A program made the translations under genes and the position numbers. Below the pieces are notes generated by a model. That model saw only the letters and a program-made list of their open reading frames with translations. It did not search any database and had not been told where the DNA came from. Source: an uncultured Clostridia bacterium (GTDB lineage Bacteria; Bacillota; Clostridia; Oscillospirales; Oscillospiraceae). From it: 32,000 nucleotides of DNA. Location: positions 63,303 to 95,302 of the forward strand of contig CANSAE010000007.1 of assembly GCA_947644595.1 (NCBI GenBank), in the 5' to 3' direction. Each line of letters begins with the position of its first letter. The first letter of the stretch is position 1. This document shows, piece after piece, positions 23,368 to 31,050 of this stretch.

Positions 23368-24055
23368 TAAGCCGGCCGCTGTCAGGAAAGCGGCGTATTA
23401 CGCGGCGGGGTGCTTTGCGTTGGGGGCTGTTGTGATGGTGCTGGCAGTGGCGCATGGGTTCCGGGTGAAGTCTGCGCTGCCAGACATTACACCGCCGGAA
23501 ATCACGGTTACATCATTGGAAATGCCAGGCTCCTGGGAAGAAGCCGGGAGTGTTGGCGGGGGTTCGGTCAGGCGGGCGGGCTTGCAATGTGAACGCGAAA
23601 GCGCGAAGAAGTCCCCTGGGGGACCCGCCCCGATGAAGCCGCTCCAGGCGGAAGCGCTGATTTTTTATACCACGCCGGAAATCATCGAACCGGTGATTTT
23701 GCCGGAAGAGGTCACGGAGCCGGAGGTCAACGTAATTGAGAACTGCGTGATTACATATTACTGCGCGGAGCGGTATGCCCATATCTGCGGGACCGGGGAC
23801 GGCATTACGGCCACCGGGGATGAGGCAGTACCAGGCGTGACCTGTGCGGTGGACCCATCTGTGATCCCTTATGGGAGCACGGTCATGATCGACTACGGAG
23901 ACGGAGTTTTACAGGAATACACCGCCCAGGATACAGGCGTGTGGGTGACGGAGGCTCATGTTGACGTGTGTGTAGCCAGTCATCAGGAAGCGTTGGAAAT
24001 GGGAAAGGTGACTGCGACAGTGTATTGGACGGCACCCGGGGAGGCGAGCATATGA
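23354..24055 (+). CDS. Membrane-anchored 3D-domain protein (MltA/RlpA-like double-psi beta-barrel)
   Basis: TM AAYYAAGCFALGAVVMVLAVA. The C-terminus ITATGDEAVPGVTCAVDPSVIPYGSTVMIDYGDGVLQEYTAQDTGVWVTEAHVDVCV matches the 3D-domain pattern. A GGGAGGAAAGG SD is present. Confidence 0.75.
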   Translation: MGKNDKPAAVRKAAYYAAGCFALGAVVMVLAVAHGFRVKSALPDITPPEITVTSLEMPGSWEEAGSVGGGSVRRAGLQCERESAKKSPGGPAPMKPLQAEALIFYTTPEIIEPVILPEEVTEPEVNVIENCVITYYCAERYAHICGTGDGITATGDEAVPGVTCAVDPSVIPYGSTVMIDYGDGVLQEYTAQDTGVWVTEAHVDVCVASHQEALEMGKVTATVYWTAPGEASI

Positions 24056-24321
24056 CAGAAGCGAAAATTGGACGGTGCGGATTTAATGAGAATGTGTTAT
24101 GCACAAAAACCAAGTGTCACGAATGCGGTTGGCATCCGAAGGTCGCGGAAATGCGGAAGCAGGAGATCCAATGCTCAGATCACGATACAGCGGTCCGGCG
24201 GAAGTTCAAACGGTTGTTGTGTGAGAATTTCAATCATCAAGAATTGGAATATCTGGATAATGAGATCGAGGGGATTTCATTGATGGATCTGGACCTTTAT
24301 CAGAAATGGAGGAACCTTTGA
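24052..24321 (+). CDS. Cys-rich hypothetical phage protein (89 aa)
   Basis: ATGA overlap with the upstream stop. Sequence MTEAKIGRCGFNENVLCTKTKCHECGWHP... Confidence 0.55.
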   Translation: MTEAKIGRCGFNENVLCTKTKCHECGWHPKVAEMRKQEIQCSDHDTAVRRKFKRLLCENFNHQELEYLDNEIEGISLMDLDLYQKWRNL

Positions 24322-25247
24322 TTCGAGAAATTAAGTACACGGGACATGAAGAATGGCTGGAATTGAGAAAGCATCTGGGCATCGGAGGAAGTGAAGCCGG
24401 GGCCGTGATGGGGCTGGATGCGTACAAATCTCCGTATGCATTATGGGCAGAGAAAACTGGGCGGATTTCAGGCTTTGATGGGAATATCACGACTAAGGTC
24501 GGAAGCTGTCTGGAAGAACTGGTAGCACAGATGTTCACGGAACAGACTGGGAAAAAGGTGCGGCGGAAGAATGCGATTCTGGTAAATGACGACTTCCCAT
24601 TTGCTTTTGCGGATGTAGACAGGCTGGTGGTAGGAGAAAATTCCTTGCTTGAGATCAAGACCACCAACAGCTTTCCGGTTATGCGGAACGTTCGGAACGG
24701 TGAGTTCCCGGACCGTTGGTGGTGTCAGATATGTCATTATATGGCTGTGACCGGTTGTGAGAAGGCATATCTGGCTGCGCTGGTGAATTGCCGGGAGTTT
24801 TATGTATTTGAACTGGCCCAGGATGAGGAAGAAATCGCAGCGCTGATGGACAGCGAGCGGCTGTTCTGGGAACTGGTGCAGTCAGACACACCGCCGGGAA
24901 TGGACGGCAGCCTGGCGACCGCAGAAGCGATCGGCGCAGTTTATTCCGGCGGCGGAGATGCGGTTGAACTGTTTGGGCGGGAAGCGCTGCTGCGGGAATA
25001 CGACGAACTGAAAGCGCGGCAACAGGAATTGGACGGACAGGTCAGGGCCATTGAAAATATGCTGAAGCAGGATATGGGAGATGCGGAACGGGCTTTGTGC
25101 GGGGCTTGGACTGTGTCTTGGAGGCCGCAGGAACGCCGCACGTTTGATACGAAAGAATTTACAAGACAATACCCGGAAATCGACATAGAGCCGTTTTATA
25201 AAATAAGCGGCAGCCGTCCGTTCCGGGTGACGAGAAAGGATGTATAA
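24306..25247 (+). CDS. YqaJ-type viral recombinase exonuclease (lambda Exo-like PD-(D/E)XK)
   Basis: HEEWLELRKHLGIGGSEAGAVMGLDAYKSPYALWAEKTG and DRLVVGENSLLEIKT motifs. It sits immediately upstream of recT. Confidence 0.85.
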   Translation: MEEPLIREIKYTGHEEWLELRKHLGIGGSEAGAVMGLDAYKSPYALWAEKTGRISGFDGNITTKVGSCLEELVAQMFTEQTGKKVRRKNAILVNDDFPFAFADVDRLVVGENSLLEIKTTNSFPVMRNVRNGEFPDRWWCQICHYMAVTGCEKAYLAALVNCREFYVFELAQDEEEIAALMDSERLFWELVQSDTPPGMDGSLATAEAIGAVYSGGGDAVELFGREALLREYDELKARQQELDGQVRAIENMLKQDMGDAERALCGAWTVSWRPQERRTFDTKEFTRQYPEIDIEPFYKISGSRPFRVTRKDV

Positions 25248-25249
25248 AT

Positions 25250-26077
25250 ATGGCAGGAGCAATTGTAAAAGCGGCGGAGCAACGCATGGAGAGCACCGGA
25301 AAGAAATCTGTGCAGCAGTATATCAAGCAGATGCAGGGGGAGATCGCAAAGGCGCTGCCGTCAGTGATGACGCCGGAGCGGTTTACGCGGATCACACTGT
25401 CCGCTCTGTCCTCCAACCCCAAATTGCAGGAATGCAGTCCGCAAAGCTTTTTGGGCGCAATGATGACGGCGGCACAATTGGGCGTGGAGCCAAATACGCC
25501 ACTGGGACAGGCTTACCTGATCCCATTTCGGAATCACGGACGGATGGAATGCCAGTTCCAGCTTGGGTATAAAGGTATGATTGATTTGGCATACCGTTCC
25601 GGTGAAGTCAGCGTGATCCAGGCGCAGGTTGTTTATGAGAACGACGGCTTTACCTATTCGTTTGGCTTGGAGCCGGAGTTGAAGCATACGCCTGCCAAAA
25701 CAGACCGTGGGGATCCGGTATATGTTTATGCTCTATTCAAAACAAAGGACGGAGGATTTGGCTATGATGTCATGTCTATGGTCGATGTACGGCACCATGC
25801 GCAGAAGTACAGCAAAAGCTATGGAAATGGGCCGTGGCAGACGAACTTTGAAGAGATGGCCAAAAAGACCGTGCTGAAGAAGGTGCTGAAATATGCGCCG
25901 TTGAAGTCTGATTTTGTTCGGCAGCTTGCGGCGGATGAAACTGTTAAGACAGAGCTCAGCGAAGATATGTATGATGTTCCCGGCAACTATATTGAAGTGG
26001 ATTTTGAGGTAGACCAAGACACGGGTGAAGTCATGGGGGAAGCCTACACGGCGGAAAGCGAGAGGACAGATGCTTAA
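25250..26077 (+). CDS. recT: RecT-family single-strand annealing recombinase
   Basis: FTRITLSALSSNPKLQECSPQSFLGAMMTAAQLGVEPNTPLGQAYLIPF and QLGYKGMIDLAYRSG are typical RecT segments. Confidence 0.9.
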   Translation: MAGAIVKAAEQRMESTGKKSVQQYIKQMQGEIAKALPSVMTPERFTRITLSALSSNPKLQECSPQSFLGAMMTAAQLGVEPNTPLGQAYLIPFRNHGRMECQFQLGYKGMIDLAYRSGEVSVIQAQVVYENDGFTYSFGLEPELKHTPAKTDRGDPVYVYALFKTKDGGFGYDVMSMVDVRHHAQKYSKSYGNGPWQTNFEEMAKKTVLKKVLKYAPLKSDFVRQLAADETVKTELSEDMYDVPGNYIEVDFEVDQDTGEVMGEAYTAESERTDA

Positions 26078-26480
26078 TCATATTACCATTATGGGACGGC
26101 TCACACGCGACCCTGAACTGCGGTATACCCAGTCCCAGACCCCAGTGACGTCTTTCACTCTGGCGGTAGACCGGGATTTCGTAGGCCGCGACAGCGGCGA
26201 GCGTCAGACCGACTTTATCGACGTGGTTGCATGGCGTCAAACAGGCGAGTTTGTCTCCAAGTATTTCACGAAAGGCAGCATGGCCGTAGTTTCCGGCCGC
26301 CTGCAGATCCGTGACTGGACGGACCGGGACGGCAACAAGCGCAGAAGTGCCGAGGTCTTGGCAGAAGATGTTTACTTTGGCGAGAGCAAGCCACGATCGG
26401 ACAGTGTCGGGATGAAAAAAGACAACGGAGTCAGTACTTTTTCTGCATATGATGATATAGATGAAGATCTTCCGTTTTGA
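26070..26480 (+). CDS. ssb: Single-stranded DNA-binding protein
   Basis: MLNHITIMGRLTRDPELRYTQSQTPVTSFTLAV (OB fold) and an acidic tail DDIDEDLPF. The start at 26070 has a GAGAGGA SD and overlaps the recT end. Confidence 0.9.
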   Translation: MLNHITIMGRLTRDPELRYTQSQTPVTSFTLAVDRDFVGRDSGERQTDFIDVVAWRQTGEFVSKYFTKGSMAVVSGRLQIRDWTDRDGNKRRSAEVLAEDVYFGESKPRSDSVGMKKDNGVSTFSAYDDIDEDLPF

Positions 26481-26490
26481 GGTGATATAA

Positions 26491-27147
26491 ATGGTACCGT
26501 GGATACAAGTATTTTCTAATATGGTGAATCACCCAAAAACATATAAGCTTGCAGACCTGCTGGGAATCAAATCCCGGCAGGTCAAACCCAATGTGATCGC
26601 CGGAGGACTGATGGTAAGCTTATGGACGTGGGCAGCGCAGAATGCTACGGACGGCGATTTGTCCGGCGTAACAGCACAATGTATTGCTGATGCTGCCGGT
26701 TGGGTAGGGAGCGCAGCAGCATACCGGAATTCATTGGTAACATCCGGATATGCAGATGAAGTGGAGGGTGGCCTGTATCTACATGATTGGCTTGAACATG
26801 CCGCGCTTTTGATGGATGCGGAAACAAACAAAAAAGAGAAAAACAGAGAACGGGCAAAGCGTTACCGTGACAGAAAAAAATCGCCGCAGGAGCGTGACGA
26901 AAGCGTGACACGTCACGGTGATGGGCGTGACGAAATGACGGCCCGTCACGCACCTACCCAACCTAACCTAACCATACCTAACCAAGAAGATATATCTATT
27001 CTATCCTGTTCTATACAGGAAAGAAAAGAAAAGCTAAAAGAAACGAAAGAAGCCGGCAGGGATGCTGAAAGCTGGGAGGGCAAAAAGGCGCAGGCTTACG
27101 GTGTGCTGGACAAGCTGTATCCCGGCAGGGGGTATGGCGATGTTTAA
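26491..27147 (+). CDS. Hypothetical phage protein, possibly a replication/replisome-organizer-like protein with a basic low-complexity C-terminus
   Basis: Position after ssb. The N-terminal domain has LYLHDWLEHAALL, reminiscent of phage replication organizers (memory only). The coding sequence contains an iteron/AT-rich block. Confidence 0.4.
   Translation: MVPWIQVFSNMVNHPKTYKLADLLGIKSRQVKPNVIAGGLMVSLWTWAAQNATDGDLSGVTAQCIADAAGWVGSAAAYRNSLVTSGYADEVEGGLYLHDWLEHAALLMDAETNKKEKNRERAKRYRDRKKSPQERDESVTRHGDGRDEMTARHAPTQPNLTIPNQEDISILSCSIQERKEKLKETKEAGRDAESWEGKKAQAYGVLDKLYPGRGYGDV
26866..27055. repeat. Iteron-like repeat cluster plus AT-rich tract (candidate phage replication origin inside the gene)
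   Basis: CGTGAC at 26866, 26893, 26904 and 26926, and GTCACG at 26912 and 26945. The 11-mer GCGTGACGAAA occurs at 26892 and 26925. About seven tandem ACCTA-like pentamers lie at 26952-26985, followed by a purine/AT-rich tract at 26986-27050. Confidence 0.5.
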
Positions 27148-27526
27148 GCTGGTGATCCCCGGACGGCTGCCGGGGCTGAATGAATACATTGCGGCGGAAC
27201 GGACAAGCCGTTACAAGGCCGCCGCTATGAAGCGGGAGTGTGAGGCCCTTGTGCTGCCGGCGGCAAGGAGGTCCTTGCGGAAATGGCGGCAGACAGACAA
27301 GCCTGTTATCATGCGCTACACATGGTACGAGAAGGACCGGCGGCGGGATATGGACAATATTTCGTCCTACGGCAGGAAGGTCATTCAGGATGCACTGGTG
27401 AAGGGCGGGTATCTCCGGGGGGACGGATGGGAATGTATCGCGGGCTTTGCCGACGGGTTTGCCGTGGATCGGAAGAACCCACGGGTTGAAGTTGAGATTG
27501 TCGAGGTGGAGACATGCGGCAGTTAG
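27140..27526 (+). CDS. rusA: RusA-family Holliday junction resolvase
   Basis: LPGLNEYIAAERTSRYKAAAMKRE and RRRDMDNISSYGRKVIQDALVKGGYLRGD (DxDN...K...DAL) match RusA. The start at 27140 is 7 nt after GGGGG. Confidence 0.8.
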   Translation: MFKLVIPGRLPGLNEYIAAERTSRYKAAAMKRECEALVLPAARRSLRKWRQTDKPVIMRYTWYEKDRRRDMDNISSYGRKVIQDALVKGGYLRGDGWECIAGFADGFAVDRKNPRVEVEIVEVETCGS

Positions 27527-28812
27527 GAGATATCACCCGGATATCGGGGTACACCGCGCCGGTGGTGGATGCGGTGATCGGAGGCAGCCCGTGTCAAGGG
27601 CTGTCACAAGCTGGTAAGCGTAGAGGGCTGGCCGATGAGCGGAGCGGACTGTTCATGGAGCAGATTCGCGTTATCAAGGAAATGAGGGAAGCAGATGCAA
27701 GAACTGGACGGACAGGTCGGTTTATTAGACCTCGGTTTATGGTCTTTGAAAACGTCCCCGGAGCCTTCAGCAGCGGAGATCCGAAAGGCGAGGACTTCCG
27801 CATCGTCCTCGAAGAAACGATCAGGATCGCGGAGCCGGACGCTCCCGGCATTCCACTACCTACAAAAGGAAAGTGGCCTCTGGCTGACTGCTGGTATGGA
27901 GACGGATGGTCTATCGCCTACCGAGTTCTCGACGCACAGTTTTGGGGAGTGCCCCAGCGTCGCCGTCGAATCACGCTTGTCGCAGATTTTGGAGGACACG
28001 CCGCACCCGAAATACTATTTGTCCGAAAAGGCGCGTGCGGGGATGCTGCGGCGGGCGGAACGGCGGGGGAAGAAGCTGCCGGAGGAACTGAAATCGGCGT
28101 TGAAACAGCAGGCGGGTATCGCTGCGCAGGACTGAAACACAAAGCCGGCGCAAAGGCTGGAAGTATTGGATTTGCGCCGGAGATTGCGCCGACATTATCC
28201 GCGGAACAGCAATCGGCGGTGTATGACGCAAGAGGGAACGGCGATGGGGAAACCGTCTGCACGCTGGCCGGCGATCACGCAAACAGAGTGACGGACTACA
28301 CGGCTATTGTGATGGCGACCGGGCAGGCCGGGGCGGAAATCATGCGGGATGTGTCGCCCACACTTAATTGCGACCATGAACAGCCTATCGTTGCCCATGC
28401 TCTCCGTGGGAGCGGGAAAGACCCGCACCGGGAGGATGCGGTTACATACCCGGTGACACATGGTCGTGTCAGACGGCTCACGCCGCTGGAGTGCGAGCGG
28501 CTGCAAGGCTACCCGGACGGGTGGACGGACATTGGGCCGTGGGTGGACAGCAAGGGGAAACTCCACAAAGAGAGCAGCGACAGCGCGCGGTACAAGGCGC
28601 TGGGGAACTCCATTGCGCTGCCGCCCTGGGCGTGGGTGCTGAAACGCCTTTGCGCCTGCTATGAGCGGCCGGCTACGATGGCGAGCCTGTTTGACGGTAT
28701 CGGCGGGTTCCCGCTGTTGTGGGAACGGCTGAACGGACCGGGGAGCTGCCTGTGGGCGAGCGAGATCGAGGAGTTTCCGATGGCAGTGACGAAAGTGAGA
28801 TTTGGGACGTAA
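27514..28812 (+). CDS. DNA (cytosine-5)-methyltransferase with circularly permuted motif order
   Basis: Motif IV GGSPCQGLS (Cys27), VI FENVPGA, VIII WGVPQRRRRI, IX RRLTPLECERLQGYPDGW, X YKALGNSIALP. Motif I SLFDGIGGF and motif II WASEIEEF follow at the C-terminus. A GAGGTGGAG SD is present, and the start overlaps the rusA end. Confidence 0.85.
   Translation: MRQLGDITRISGYTAPVVDAVIGGSPCQGLSQAGKRRGLADERSGLFMEQIRVIKEMREADARTGRTGRFIRPRFMVFENVPGAFSSGDPKGEDFRIVLEETIRIAEPDAPGIPLPTKGKWPLADCWYGDGWSIAYRVLDAQFWGVPQRRRRITLVADFGGHAAPEILFVRKGACGDAAAGGTAGEEAAGGTEIGVETAGGYRCAGLKHKAGAKAGSIGFAPEIAPTLSAEQQSAVYDARGNGDGETVCTLAGDHANRVTDYTAIVMATGQAGAEIMRDVSPTLNCDHEQPIVAHALRGSGKDPHREDAVTYPVTHGRVRRLTPLECERLQGYPDGWTDIGPWVDSKGKLHKESSDSARYKALGNSIALPPWAWVLKRLCACYERPATMASLFDGIGGFPLLWERLNGPGSCLWASEIEEFPMAVTKVRFGT
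27695..28135 (+). CDS. Candidate overlapping ORF (146 codons) in the +1 frame inside the methyltransferase gene; unproven
   Basis: The ATG at 27695 is preceded by GAGGGA with 5-nt spacing. The product ends ..FGECPSVAVESRLSQILEDTPHPKYYLSEKARAGMLRRAERRGKKLPEELKSALKQQAGIAAQD. Main-frame third-position GC falls across exactly this interval (hand count; see findings). Confidence 0.3.
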   Translation: MQELDGQVGLLDLGLWSLKTSPEPSAAEIRKARTSASSSKKRSGSRSRTLPAFHYLQKESGLWLTAGMETDGLSPTEFSTHSFGECPSVAVESRLSQILEDTPHPKYYLSEKARAGMLRRAERRGKKLPEELKSALKQQAGIAAQD

Positions 28813-28815
28813 GAT

Positions 28816-29601
28816 ATGGAACACATACTTAGCCTGTCCTATGGCAAGGACAGTTTGGCGTGCCTGGGGGCGATTGAGCTGATGGGCTGGCCGCTGGATC
28901 GAATCGTCCATGCGGAGGTATGGGCGACGGATACGATTCCAGCGGACCTGCCGCCGATGGTGGAGTTTAAGGCCCGGGCGGATGAGATTATCAAGGCCCG
29001 GTGGGGCATCACTGTGGAGCATGTAAGGGGACCATATACGTTTGAGCAGGGGTTCTATCTACTACGGGGACGGACAGGCATAAAGTCAAAATTTGCTGGA
29101 CGTATTTATGGATGGCCAATGCAGCGGGGACAATGGTGCTTGCAGCAACTAAAATTGCCGGCGATTGCAAAGTGCGCCAGAAAGAATGATAACCAGTACA
29201 TAGGCATTGCCAAAGATGAACCGAAACGTTTCAAAGCGCTGTCGGAAACCAAGTGTAGCCCGCTGGTAGAAGCCGGATGGACGGAAGCCATGTGCCGCGA
29301 GTGGTGCGAAAAGAATGACCTGTTATCTCCGATCTACACCACTTCTGCCAGGGGGGGATGTTGGTTTTGCCACAATCAGAGCGTTGATCAGCTCCGGCTT
29401 TTGCGCCGGAACTACCAGGAGTATTGGGCGCTTATGCTCAAATGGGACAAGGATAGCCCGGTGACGTTCCACCCGGACGGTCATACCGTACACGACTTTG
29501 ACAGACGCTTTGCGCTGGAGGACGAGGGTCTGATCTACCCGGACGAGTATTTTCGCTGGGAGATGCTGGAGAGTGAAATGCTCAATTACAGACTGTTTTA
29601 G
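28816..29601 (+). CDS. PAPS-reductase / PP-loop ATP-pyrophosphatase family protein (phage type)
   Basis: N-terminal PP-loop LSLSYGKDSLA (SGGKDS-like) and a C-terminal Cys cluster GGCWFCHNQ. It starts 4 nt after the methylase stop. Confidence 0.7.
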   Translation: MEHILSLSYGKDSLACLGAIELMGWPLDRIVHAEVWATDTIPADLPPMVEFKARADEIIKARWGITVEHVRGPYTFEQGFYLLRGRTGIKSKFAGRIYGWPMQRGQWCLQQLKLPAIAKCARKNDNQYIGIAKDEPKRFKALSETKCSPLVEAGWTEAMCREWCEKNDLLSPIYTTSARGGCWFCHNQSVDQLRLLRRNYQEYWALMLKWDKDSPVTFHPDGHTVHDFDRRFALEDEGLIYPDEYFRWEMLESEMLNYRLF

Positions 29602-29611
29602 GAGATTAACG

Positions 29612-29962
29612 ATGAAGCGATTGACAATCAGAACGCCGAAGGGCGCGGCGTTGAAAATGAATGATACATACCAAAGTGAGGCGGAAGCAAAGGACGATCT
29701 GATGCGTAAATACCGAATCGCGATTGAACGCCTTGCCGACTATGAGGACATGGGGCTGACCCCGGAGGAAGTGGCAGAACTGGTAAAGCGTACAACACGG
29801 GTAAAGCCGTATGCGGAAAGTGACGCTGACCGACTGTGCGGGCATTGTTATTCCTACATTGATTGGGATGCGCTTAATGGCCGCGTTGAAGATGCACCAA
29901 AATATTGCAAATCGTGTGGAAAACCCATCGACTGGAGCGATAAGAAAGGCGGTGCGGAATGA
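29612..29962 (+). CDS. Hypothetical phage protein with a C-terminal zinc ribbon
   Basis: AGGAG SD. Sequence MKRLTIRTPKGAALKM... with CGHC...CKSCG. Confidence 0.6.
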   Translation: MKRLTIRTPKGAALKMNDTYQSEAEAKDDLMRKYRIAIERLADYEDMGLTPEEVAELVKRTTRVKPYAESDADRLCGHCYSYIDWDALNGRVEDAPKYCKSCGKPIDWSDKKGGAE

Positions 29963-30162
29963 GTAGCGTGATGAATCCGAATCCAAAGCCCATGACCAAT
30001 GGCGACCGCATCCGGGCGATGATCGATGAGGAACTGGCGGAAATCATCATGTGTCCAAAAGAGCATATTACATACCTGGGTGTCTTTGCTTGTAGGAAAA
30101 GTGAAACCGGTTGCACCGCATGCTGTCTGGAATGGCTCAAACAGCCTGCGGAGGTGGAGTGA
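29959..30162 (+). CDS. Small hypothetical phage protein (67 aa)
   Basis: ATGA overlap with the upstream gene. Sequence TNGDRIRAMIDEELAEIIMCP...CTACCLEWLKQP. Confidence 0.55.
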   Translation: MSSVMNPNPKPMTNGDRIRAMIDEELAEIIMCPKEHITYLGVFACRKSETGCTACCLEWLKQPAEVE

Positions 30163-30425
30163 TGGCGGGCGAAACCAGATGTGAGTGGTGCAAATACTAT
30201 GCAAAATTTGAAACTCCATACCATTACGAGCACAGAGAATATCCTGATGGCATCACCGTATACGGCTGCTGCGGGAAGGATGAGGGACGGTCATTCTCGT
30301 TATACCCTGTGTATCTCCCTGACGGCGGAGTGTGCAAGGATTATAAAAGGAAAAGCGGCATCAAGGCGGAAACTATGCCGCAAGAGGGGCAGATCAGCAT
30401 GGAGGAGGCGATGAAAGATGCGTGA
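30162..30425 (+). CDS. Small Cys-rich hypothetical phage protein (87 aa)
   Basis: The ATG at 30162 overlaps the upstream TGA, with a GGAGGTGGAG SD. Sequence MAGETRCEWCKYYAKFE... Confidence 0.55.
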   Translation: MAGETRCEWCKYYAKFETPYHYEHREYPDGITVYGCCGKDEGRSFSLYPVYLPDGGVCKDYKRKSGIKAETMPQEGQISMEEAMKDA

Positions 30426-30858
30426 AATTTTGTTCCGTGGAAAACGGAAGGATAACGGAGAGTGGGTGTATGGAGACCTTATTCATAACGGTGTAGACGA
30501 AAATAATGGTCTCGTTGAATACAAGGATGGAGACGAATTTATCTGCATGGTTGATATACAGGACAAATTGTGTATTATACGGAAAGTTAAAGCTGATACA
30601 GTCGGTCAGTACGTAAATTTTATTGACAAGAATGGTGTAAAGGTATTCGAGGGCGATATTGTAAAAATTATGTGTGGCGGAATGGAATACATTGCGCAGA
30701 TTGTATGGGATAATTTCGAGCACGCGTTTATAGCAAGAAATAAATCTGGTGTTTATGGATCATCTTTTGAATACTTAAGAAAAAGCCATCTTGTTAAAGT
30801 CATCGGCAACGTCTACGACAACCCGCATTTGATGGAGGTGCAAGATGGAGAAAATTAA
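30418..30858 (+). CDS. YopX-family phage protein
   Basis: MREILFRGKRKDNGEWVYGDL... and VIGNVYDNPHLME are typical of YopX. Confidence 0.8.
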   Translation: MREILFRGKRKDNGEWVYGDLIHNGVDENNGLVEYKDGDEFICMVDIQDKLCIIRKVKADTVGQYVNFIDKNGVKVFEGDIVKIMCGGMEYIAQIVWDNFEHAFIARNKSGVYGSSFEYLRKSHLVKVIGNVYDNPHLMEVQDGEN

Positions 30859-31021
30859 ACCTTGCCCGTTTTGTGGTGGAAAAGGACAGATTTTCAATAG
30901 CGTTTTAAATATTAAGCATGTTGAATGCTTAATATGTGGAGCGTCCAGAAAAATACCAGCGACACAAGAGAAGTATGCAATTATGCATTGGAATCGTAGG
31001 GAAACTGATAATAAAAGGTGA
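30845..31021 (+). CDS. Lar-family (restriction alleviation-like) zinc-ribbon protein (58 aa)
   Basis: MEKIKPCPFCGGKGQIF...VECLICGASRKIPATQEKYAIMHWNRRE. The pattern PCPFCGG...C..CG...A...WNRR matches the Lar family. The ORF is below the track cutoff. Confidence 0.6.
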   Translation: MEKIKPCPFCGGKGQIFNSVLNIKHVECLICGASRKIPATQEKYAIMHWNRRETDNKR

Positions 31022-31050
31022 TTTAAACCTTTATATTGAGAGGTGATAGC

